Positions 1-9,369 of a stretch of 39,590 bases of DNA are shown one piece after another (within the stretch, counting starts at the first letter, position 1; every line of letters starts with the position of its first letter). This DNA comes from Octopus bimaculoides. Taxonomy: Eukaryota. The notes beneath the pieces are model-generated. The model searched no databases, had not been told where the DNA came from, and saw only the letters and a list, made by a program, of their open reading frames with translations. The stretch lies in assembly GCF_001194135.2 (NCBI RefSeq), contig NC_068982.1:39310875-39350464 (forward strand), read 5' to 3'. The translations under genes were made by a program, and so were the position numbers.

Positions 1-717
1 ATATATATATATATATATATATACATTACACACACACACGCAAGTGTAGATGCACTGAAGCTACGATATGATTACATATTCACAAGCTAAGAAGAAAACA
101 CAAAAGTATCTTAGAAAATTAGAATTTATATTGCTAATGTTCTGTTGGGAGAAGTGTTCTCTCCCTCGGATAACGAAGGAAACGAAGGTCTAATGTTCTT
201 GAACTACGAAAGCATTGCCTCGCTGGAGAATATCATTCCCGTCTGTCTCGAAGAAGGACTTAGAAATATTTGAAATTCTTTCCGCAATCATATATGAACT
301 TAAGAAACAGAGACATTTCTCGGCACAAGTATAAACAAATTAAGCACGTGCCGTCAGTAATTACTCAGGGTAGGCAGTTGATGACCTTTGTCTAGTAAAA
401 CACAAAAATAAGCGACACACTGGCGCGCGACTGAGTTGAAGGCATATTTACTTCATCCTTTATAGCACGTAAAGAAAACGGTGTTGTAGAAATGTACGCA
501 GCACGTGTACTACAGCATTACTATGCGTAGCTTAAATACTAAGATTGAAAGGCAGGGGTGAATTATGCCTACCTAACCTACCAAAAAAAAAAAATATATA
601 TCTTGCATTTTATGCATAATAATCAGAGTAACTTTAATAATTTTATTGAATTAGGTACATATTTTGCCATAAAAGCCAAATGATGCTGTCGATCTATTTT
701 ACTCAAGCTAGGCACTG

Positions 718-762
718 CCTACCTTGCCTACCTTGACTATCTTGCCTACCTTGACTACCTTG
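718..762 (+). repeat. 9-bp minisatellite, 5 copies of (C/A)CTA(C/T)CTTG
   Basis: Read directly: cctaccttg cctaccttg actatcttg cctaccttg actaccttg. Confidence 0.9.
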
Positions 763-821
763 GCGGCACATCCCTGAAACAAATATGTATCTTCACACGC
801 TTACACGAATCCATATACGAG

Positions 822-881
822 CACGCACACACACACACACACGCATGCACGCGTACACACACACAAGCACACACACACACA

Positions 882-912
<31 letters not shown>
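822..912. repeat. Imperfect (CA)n microsatellite
   Basis: Direct reading; it produces the HT-repeat ORF 785..1021. Confidence 0.9.
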
Positions 913-1154
913 GCTCGCACAAGAGACAGACATAAGAGAAGGAAATGAATACACCGTTGGATTTCTTGAAGATTGTTCCAGCTGTTCGATTGCTGAAACT
1001 AGCTACTCATGTGTTTTATAATATAAATTGTTGATATGCCACTGATATTTGTATACTTAATGTAATAGTCAGTTAGAATAAGTTTGATACTGTGTGTAAC
1101 GCGAGACTAGACTTTTGCATTTTAAGTACAGCTAGTTGAAAAGGCCTCCACGTT

Positions 1155-1212
1155 TTCTGTCTACTCAATTTCACCAGCAATACATGGTCGACCTTTCCCG
1201 CAGACACTTGCA
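1155..1212 (-). mobile_element. Highly degraded fragment of SINE family B
   Basis: ttttctgtctactcaatttcacc...ggtcgacc...cagacacttgc loosely matches the body of the family B copies at 18613-19008 and 27703-27964. Confidence 0.3.
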
Positions 1213-2325
1213 CACGATATCATAACGTGAGATCGATTCCAGAACGTCATAACTGCGAAGTATTTGTTTCATGGAGCGCCATTTTGCACACATATGTGCG
1301 CGCGCACACACACGACAATCGGCTAGTATTTAGAATTTCCTGTTTATTCTTGTATATCCAGATGGAAACAATGAGGAGAGCTCTTATCATATATGCGTGT
1401 AAAGTCATCTAGGGATGAGTTCGTAGACTCTCCATTATTCTCGGTGTCTTTCATTATATGGCAACTGCTTTTTTTGGATTTTGTAAGGAATGAGTGAGTG
1501 CTGCAAAAGAGTGGTGTAGACATATGAATGGCTACGGCTTGGTAGGAGTAGAAAAAAAGAGTTATTAGCTTAGTAAATGTGTATTCACATACAAACATAT
1601 AAAACTTTCTCGTGAGTGTAAATCATCTTAAAGGCATTAACTCATTGCTTGTTCAAAGTATTTAAGTTTGTCCTAAACGTCCATGTTTGTTTTAATCTTT
1701 ATTTCATCTGTTCTAAATAATATAAACCTTTCCTTTCTAAATTTCCATGTTACTTTTGTGGTTGAAACAAATGGGTAACGTGAATTATATATGATGCATG
1801 CATGCCAGGGAAATATGTCTTGTGTATCAAATGTAATACAGAAGACAGGCAAAGAGTTTATTGATGTTGAAACCATGAGTTGACTATGTACAACAATCTT
1901 TAATGTATAATAGTTATTCTTATTTAATTAATTGTCGAGTTAGATTAAACGCTTTGAACGAAATTGTGATGTATCACCTTTAGGTGTACATGGCCATTAC
2001 TGTTTCCCTCCACTTTCAAACAATTAAATTTTAAACTAGAAATTAACTGCATTTCTTTTATCACAAATTGAGTGAATAGCATTTGAATTATAAGAAATGT
2101 TTTAGACAAATGTTGTTATGAATTTTCTTTATTTTTTGATATTCTTTTACTTTATTGGTTTAAGTCATTGAACACGTGAGATCAGTTAAAGTACATTGAA
2201 CAATTGTGTCTGAAATAAATCTCGAATAACGCAGCACATCTGTGTGGTTAAGGAGTTTTCCACTGAATCATCACGTTGTTCCTCAGTTCTGTAGTCGGAG
2301 AGCAAAATTATACATACATATATAT

Positions 2326-2598
2326 NNNNNNNNNNNNNNNNNNNNNNNNNNNNNNNNNNNNNNNNNNNNNNNNNNNNNNNNNNNNNNNNNNNNNNNNNNN
2401 NNNNNNNNNNNNNNNNNNNNNNNNNNNNNNNNNNNNNNNNNNNNNNNNNNNNNNNNNNNNNNNNNNNNNNNNNNNNNNNNNNNNNNNNNNNNNNNNNNNN
2501 NNNNNNNNNNNNNNNNNNNNNNNNNNNNNNNNNNNNNNNNNNNNNNNNNNNNNNNNNNNNNNNNNNNNNNNNNNNNNNNNNNNNNNNNNNNNNNNNNN
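2326..2598. other. Assembly gap (N run)
   Basis: N run flanked by (TA)n and (TG)n. Confidence 1.
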
Positions 2599-2604
2599 TA
2601 TGTA

Positions 2605-2642
<38 letters not shown>

Positions 2643-2680
2643 GTACATGAAAATATGCGAGCGCGCGTGTGTGTAAAGTG

Positions 2681-3353
2681 GTGTGGCCTAGTTATTAGGA
2701 AGCTGCACTCGTTATTGCAACTTCATGGCTTCGATTCCCGAACCGTGTGGCGCGTTGTGTTCTCGAGTAATAAGCACACCACACACACACACTTACATAC
2801 ATACATACATACATACATACGTACGTACGGACATACACGCATGCATTACATACATACACACACATATTCACACACATACATACATACATACATACAAGAT
2901 GATGGACTCCCTTGTAGCAGACTGGATGATGAGGGTTCTGCAATTTCTTGCTGAACAACAGGTGATTTGTCTATTGAGGATCAAATGTTTGGACGGCACC
3001 TTAGCTCACGCTACAATCTACTCAACATTGCCTGTACAGGTGCATGGTGTGCCACACCTTAGATGTTGAAGTGATCGCAGAGCAATGTCGAATGAAGAGT
3101 TTTACTCGAGAACACAACGCGCCACGCGTTGTGTTCTCGAGTAAAACTCTGTTGTTCAGCAAGAAATTGCAGAACCCTCATCATCCAGTCTGCTACAAGG
3201 GAGTCCATCATCTTGTATGTATGTATGTATGTATGTATGTATGTATGTATGTGTGTGAATATGTGTGTGTATGTATGTAATGTATGCTTGTATGTCCGTA
3301 CGTACGTATGTATGTATGTATGTATGTATGTATGTGTGGTGTGCTTATTCTCG
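2681..3353 (+). mobile_element. tRNA-headed SINE-like element (family D) with an internal fold-back rearrangement
   Basis: Head has an A-box-like gtggcctagttattagg (2683-2699) and a B-box-like gcttcgattccc (2728-2739). The body is present inverted (2771-3125) and then partly repeated in forward orientation (3125-3349). See findings. Confidence 0.65.
2769..3349. repeat. Long inverted repeat: arms about 2769-2961 and 3149-3349, plus a perfect 26-bp hairpin at 3096-3150
   Basis: The 66-bp non-microsatellite core 2896-2961 is the exact reverse complement of 3149-3214. 3096-3121 is the exact reverse complement of 3125-3150 with loop CCA. The ORF track shows the same peptide KMMDSLVADWMMRVLQFLAEQQ on both strands. 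Confidence 0.97.
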
Positions 3354-3397
3354 CACATTGATCTATATGGGCAGGAAAAATAATACTTTGGTAATTA

Positions 3398-3519
3398 TTT
3401 CTACTCTAGGCACAAGGCCTTGAAAATTTGGGGGTAAGGAGGCTAGTCGATTATATCGACCCTAGTGTGTAACTGGTACTTATTTCATCGACCCCGAAAT
3501 GATGAAAGGCAAAGTCGAC
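3398..3519 (-). mobile_element. SINE family A, 3' half
   Basis: ctactctaggcacaaggcc...tagtcgattatatcgacc...ctggtacttatttcatcgaccccgaaatgatgaaaggcaaagtcgac matches the other family A copies in the window. Confidence 0.85.
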
Positions 3520-3629
3520 ATTGGCTATGACAATAGATACACCTCATGGTATCTGAACCACTTGAGTTGCGCTTACGCATTCTTGCTATCGTAAAAACAG
3601 AGAACTATTGATTGGCATGTTAGGAACCT

Positions 3630-4030
3630 ATATGTAGCCAAGGTGGCTATTGTTTACAAGAACATGACAGAATCTGAAGGTTACTGTAATTTGCAGTCAA
3701 TCAAGAAATCGAAGTCTTAGGATGCATGTATATAAACATTGTTAGAAACATAACAAATATGTATTTAGTCAACTGTGAAGTTTCGTGCCAAAGCCACGAA
3801 AACAAGCAAAATATTGTGAAGGAAAGAAATTGTTATCGCTTCATATATAGCATCTACGAAAACCGACTAAAAGAAAGACGTTGAAAGAGTTCTTGGAATA
3901 TAGAATTTGTGATGAGTGATGTGACAGTAAATGAAAATATGAAATTATTTCTTGGTGAAATAAGTACCATCATGTTGGTAAAATATGATCTGTTAATACG
4001 TATTCAGAATATGATGGTATTCCAAGTTAC
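3630..4030 (+). pseudogene. Possible very degraded R4/Dong-like LINE C-terminal fragment
   Basis: Manual translation with frameshifts gives WL..(M)TESEG, CEVSCQSHENKQNIV and VNENMKLF. These loosely resemble the WL..ETEG, CCHC-knuckle and ENENIKL..WD segments of R4-clade ORFs. Weak. Confidence 0.25.
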
Positions 4031-4233
4031 CCTATAAATGTTGCGTATATCCACCTCTGCAGTGCTGTGGAGAAGATTCAGTCTGCATATCAAAAGAGGA
4101 TTGTGTTTGAGATAAAGAAACGAAAATAGAGGAGAGCTGTAAAAGGAGACAGGTTGACAGCAAGGGAAGGTAATTGAGAAATAGATAATAACAGAGCTTT
4201 ATATAAAGTGTACAAAGATAAAGAAGGAGGTGG

Positions 4234-4235
4234 AG

Positions 4236-4290
<55 letters not shown>
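4234..4290. repeat. (GAAA)n-(GA)n polypurine microsatellite
   Basis: Direct reading. Confidence 0.9.
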
Positions 4291-4423
4291 CGGAGAAAGT
4301 TTGACATAGAGAAGCATTTTTAAAGCAAAGGATATGTTATTTATTAGTTTCGCAGACATGGATTCTTGCATTCAAATGTGTTGAATATGGTGTTTGCTTG
4401 GGTCTCTAAATAAGAGCATATGT

Positions 4424-4523
<100 letters not shown>

Positions 4524-5467
4524 ATAAAGTCATTAGTTAGACAAGCACTCAGAAAAAAAATCAGATACAGAAAACTATAGAAACCATATTTGCAATCGAT
4601 CAAGGCCTTTCCTATTTATAGAAGACTTAAGTCTCAATCACTTAATTCTATGCAAGTGTATGAGAGACATGTAGTTTCAAACTAAATACGTATAATCTTG
4701 TACAGAACCGAAGATAGCCGAGTGAAAGAAGTAAAGAGTAGACATCCGAAAGCTTGTTATTTCATAATCAGTCACTTCACTTCACTTCACATTGCTTTTG
4801 TGCATTTAGATGAAAACTAATACCAGCAGCAGTGGCAACGGTAGCAGCAGCAGCTGAGGGTTAACGCTTAGGCTGGACCGGCGCCCTGTTCAAGGAAACG
4901 TTTTGTACTTTTAGTCGCTGACATGTCACAGAACGAGGGATAAGCTCCAGTGTAAAGAGGCTGTAAACACTCAATGTTTATTTAATCACACTGGCAGCTT
5001 CGAGATTTCGTTGAAGTAATTGTATACTTTTTGAATGAGATAGTAGGCTAGGTGCAAGAGGCAAGATAAGGTCGTTTTGAACATAAAACAGGCAGAGTTT
5101 TGGGGCCGGATATTGTCGATTTAAAAGCTAAAGTATTAACTAGCGGTATAATTAACTGTTGTAAGCAGTGGACACGCAACAAAAGTGATATGTTCTTTGG
5201 ATTGCTGCAATTCCTATAGACGAATGTTCGTTGTCTTGATATTTGAATGATGAAGGCAGCCAAGTGTTGACCTGTCAATATGTGTATTTTCATCGGTGAC
5301 AACAACATAACAAGCTGGCTTGACAGAAGTCATAAAGTATTAGTGTGTACATTAATCAAGGGAAGTATACACAACGCATCTTATCACATTAAACACCTAC
5401 TCAAAATTCACACCACCACATACTCTGCCTCTCCCTATATATAAGGCGTCGAATTTGTGACGGCTCC

Positions 5468-5507
5468 TTCATCGATAACTGATGAGGGATGTACTTGTCT
5501 ACGCCTT
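5468..5507 (+). repeat. Short dispersed repeat containing CTGATGAG; second copy at 19261-19300 (-)
   Basis: 34/40 identity by manual alignment with the reverse complement of 19261-19300. Confidence 0.75.
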
Positions 5508-5567
5508 TTGTATATTTTTTCCTGTTTTCCGTATGTTCCTTCGTTATCCTTTTGTGCCACATTTTGC

Positions 5568-5618
5568 ATACATACATACATACATACATACATACATACA
5601 TACGTACATACATACATA
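5568..5618. repeat. (ACAT)n tetranucleotide microsatellite
   Basis: Direct reading. Confidence 0.9.
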
Positions 5619-5707
5619 TTCATTGATTGATTAAACATTTCCTAAATTTTGATCAAATTGTCTTGGAAATGAACCAGAATTTACTCTGCGCATACTCACA
5701 CACACGC

Positions 5708-6327
5708 NNNNNNNNNNNNNNNNNNNNNNNNNNNNNNNNNNNNNNNNNNNNNNNNNNNNNNNNNNNNNNNNNNNNNNNNNNNNNNNNNNNNNNNNNNNNN
5801 NNNNNNNNNNNNNNNNNNNNNNNNNNNNNNNNNNNNNNNNNNNNNNNNNNNNNNNNNNNNNNNNNNNNNNNNNNNNNNNNNNNNNNNNNNNNNNNNNNNN
5901 NNNNNNNNNNNNNNNNNNNNNNNNNNNNNNNNNNNNNNNNNNNNNNNNNNNNNNNNNNNNNNNNNNNNNNNNNNNNNNNNNNNNNNNNNNNNNNNNNNNN
6001 NNNNNNNNNNNNNNNNNNNNNNNNNNNNNNNNNNNNNNNNNNNNNNNNNNNNNNNNNNNNNNNNNNNNNNNNNNNNNNNNNNNNNNNNNNNNNNNNNNNN
6101 NNNNNNNNNNNNNNNNNNNNNNNNNNNNNNNNNNNNNNNNNNNNNNNNNNNNNNNNNNNNNNNNNNNNNNNNNNNNNNNNNNNNNNNNNNNNNNNNNNNN
6201 NNNNNNNNNNNNNNNNNNNNNNNNNNNNNNNNNNNNNNNNNNNNNNNNNNNNNNNNNNNNNNNNNNNNNNNNNNNNNNNNNNNNNNNNNNNNNNNNNNNN
6301 NNNNNNNNNNNNNNNNNNNNNNNNNNN
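5708..6327. other. Assembly gap (N run)
   Basis: N run; short (CA)n on the left. Confidence 1.
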
Positions 6328-6417
6328 ATTGCTAGTTTAGCCAATAAAAACACACGCACTGTATATTTGGTGTTAATTTGCTTCAGCTTTATATTACATT
6401 AATCTTGATCTTATTTC

Positions 6418-6462
6418 GGCCAGAGTTCTTTCGTCACACTTCTGTGACCTCATCAGTGGTCC
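6418..6462 (-). ncRNA. Putative minimal type I hammerhead ribozyme (degenerate), Penelope-like-element style
   Basis: Minus strand reads GGACCA CTGATGA G GTCACA GAAG TGTGAC GAAA G AA C TC TGGCC. It has both core motifs, a perfect 6-bp stem II, a 2-bp stem III, a CUC triplet and a bulged stem I. There is one extra G after A9. Confidence 0.5.
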
Positions 6463-6594
6463 TTTGTTTCCTTCTTTCTTATGTGTGTCTCACCTTGCTA
6501 ACTATCACCCATTTTGCCTAAACTGGCAATATGACCATCCCCAAGTACAACAACATCTGTTTCAACACACGATTTCACATAAAAAATCTTGCAA

Positions 6595-6638
<44 letters not shown>

Positions 6639-7288
6639 TTACATACTCACACACACACACAGACACACACACACATATGTATGTATATATGGATAAATCG
6701 TGAATTTATTTTCTTGTGGAGATTTGATAATCAGTTATATATGCTAATGTGGAAATGGAACGCTCGATTAGATTACTCGGCTCCTCCTACAGAAGGAACA
6801 AAAAAATCATCACGATTACTGTTAACTCGTTATTGACATTAACTAACAAGTGATTATGAAAGATAGCATGGGGAACAGGCTCCTTTGTTATTACATATTC
6901 GTTGATAGTGTACATTGATTAACTGAAGTAATATAACAATACATATAAGGTTGAATTTAATAAAAATAAAAACTTTAGATAACATGGTTTATATGCAGTC
7001 ATTAGGTATTGTCGCATTCTGTTGAAAGTACTAGACTTCCAATGAGCTAGTAGATTTACACATGGCCTTGGCGTTTAGCTGGCATACGCTGTCTCAGTAT
7101 TTTACTCTCGTCGAAACGCCGGTGTTAAAACGTGGGTAGCTGATGAAGTAGAATGTTCTCTATGTGGCTCGTGTGTTCTCGTCTACGTTTGTTTGCAATG
7201 TCCTGTACCCAGATATGCACCTATACATACAGGTGGATGTCGGTATGCACATACCTGTACGTATATATGCATATACTCATTTACTTTT

Positions 7289-7326
<38 letters not shown>

Positions 7327-7434
7327 GTAATGAGAAAGAGAGAAAACTGGGAAGGAGAAAGTGTGAAGCAAGTGATTAGGAGGGAGAGATGGATACAAAT
7401 TTGCATACATTTTATTTCAACCCGCTAGCGTAGG

Positions 7435-7718
7435 NNNNNNNNNNNNNNNNNNNNNNNNNNNNNNNNNNNNNNNNNNNNNNNNNNNNNNNNNNNNNNNNNN
7501 NNNNNNNNNNNNNNNNNNNNNNNNNNNNNNNNNNNNNNNNNNNNNNNNNNNNNNNNNNNNNNNNNNNNNNNNNNNNNNNNNNNNNNNNNNNNNNNNNNNN
7601 NNNNNNNNNNNNNNNNNNNNNNNNNNNNNNNNNNNNNNNNNNNNNNNNNNNNNNNNNNNNNNNNNNNNNNNNNNNNNNNNNNNNNNNNNNNNNNNNNNNN
7701 NNNNNNNNNNNNNNNNNN
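7435..7718. other. Assembly gap (N run)
   Basis: N run; (CA)n on the right. Confidence 1.
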
Positions 7719-8947
7719 CACACACACACACACACACACACGCACACACACAAACACACACTTACACACACACTCTCTCTGTCTCTAACACACACTCTCT
7801 TCCTCTCACACACAGACACTCTCTCTCTCACCCACACACACATACGCACACATTTAAGAGAGCACATGCACATTTAAGCGAATATGCTTAAGCGAACACA
7901 TGCATACACGTACATACAGGTTTATATACATATACCTTAGGACGCCTGGAAAGAGGACATTTAGCTGATTAGCAAAAAGTGCTTCCCCTGCATACTCCAA
8001 ACACTGGCATACCAAGTGCCTCTCCCCTCTCTGCATTTTATATCACTACTTACAGTGGTTTCTGCTCTTTGGAGTCGGCAGGTCACAAGCTAAACCACTC
8101 AGACTCTCCCACATTACTCCTCTCTACTTCTCTCGTCACTTATATTTTCTTCCCCACGCAATGATGCGCAATTCTTCAGGCCTTTGGAATTTTAACTCTG
8201 CTTATATTATTTGTACGGTGGTCAGCTTCTAGCTATTTAAGAGGAACTCGAGAATCAACTCCAGCGGTCTCAGAGCTCCAAGTTCTCTCTTTAGACAAAG
8301 CTGCAATAAGCTATATGCAGTAAATACTCGATTTTAGTATCATTATTAGTTGAATATAACCGAATGCTCATTGTGTAGGATTTGTTCTCCATGTTTCTAT
8401 TGTTGTCTAACTCCAGGTGAGACCTACACAAGCCGACGTATGATTGATGACATTCCGCAGTTAGCCGCCCCATCGATGGGAAGGTAGGATTTGTGTTAGA
8501 CTAACTGCTATGTCTTGTAGATTAACCAAGTAGTGATTCTCTCGCTGCTGTGTTTTGCTACTTTACTCACTAGACAAATTCTAATTAGAGATTTCTAAGT
8601 TTAGATTATTTTAATTCCGGTACTGACAATTGAAGATATTAACACTATTAACCTACACCAACTATCTAAGCCCTCAGTCGAAGGTGACAAAACAGACTGA
8701 TAGACTCTGTGTTTCCTCGTCGAATTAAAAACTAAATGGTATATTTGAGTAATTCACTTTCTCTTTAGTACTATCTTTCGTTAATTTATTGTGTTACACA
8801 TTTCCTTGTGACGTCCAGAATAAACTGGAAAAAAGCCACCATTCTAAATATTTACCTTGATTCTACTAAGTTTTTGCTCATACTTCTTTGATTATAATCG
8901 CCATTGGATAAAGGCAGATATAACAGTGCCAAAACAGTCCTTATCGA

Positions 8948-9001
8948 TAATAATGATAGTAATAATAGTAATAATAGTAATAATAATAATAATAATAATA
9001 A
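8948..9001. repeat. (AAT)n/(AGT) microsatellite, tail of the adjacent minus-strand SINE
   Basis: Direct reading; abuts the SINE 3' end at 9001. Confidence 0.85.
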
Positions 9002-9213
9002 TCCTTTCTACTAGAGGCACAAAGCTTCAAGTTAATGGGGATAGGAATAGTCGATTATATCGACCCCAGTGTTTTACTGGTACTTAATTTATAGACTCCG
9101 AATGGATGAATGGCAAAGTCGATCTCGGTGGAATTTGAACTCAGAACGAAGTAACGGGCGAAATACCGCTAAGCATTTCGTACAGCGTGCTAACGATTCT
9201 ACCAGCTCGCCGC
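9001..9213 (-). mobile_element. SINE family A, near full length
   Basis: Reverse complement gives head gcggcgagctggtagaatcgttagcacgc, B-box gagttcaaattcc, central gactttgccattcatcc...taaattaagtaccag and a tail ending agtagaaaggat(ATT)n. Confidence 0.9.
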
Positions 9214-9226
9214 AACAATAATAATT

Positions 9227-9346
9227 TTTTCTACTGATGGCACAAGGCCTTGAAATTTTGCGGGAGGGGACTAGTCGATTACACTGGTGCTTAATTTATC
9301 GGCCACAAAAGGATGAAAGGCAAAGTCGACCTCGCTGGAATTTGAA
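9227..9346 (-). mobile_element. SINE family A, 5'-truncated copy in tandem with the previous one
   Basis: Same tail and core. It lacks the gtcgattacatcgacccc segment and ends at the B-box, next to (CT)n. Confidence 0.85.
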
Positions 9347-9369
9347 ATCTCTCTCTCTCTCTCTCTGAT

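Noticed and set aside
4811-4858. ATG-led MKTNTSSSGNGSSSS micro-ORF
   Set aside because: A low-complexity (AGC)n stretch with no supporting context.
7105-7150. Type II (circularly permuted) hammerhead reading GAAAC...CTGATGA
   Set aside because: Neither stem I nor a flush stem II can be formed; kept only as a possible relic.
8160-8320. Signal-peptide-like frame AFGILTLLILFVRWSASS
   Set aside because: No in-frame ATG, and splicing to the downstream candidate exon gives an immediate stop.
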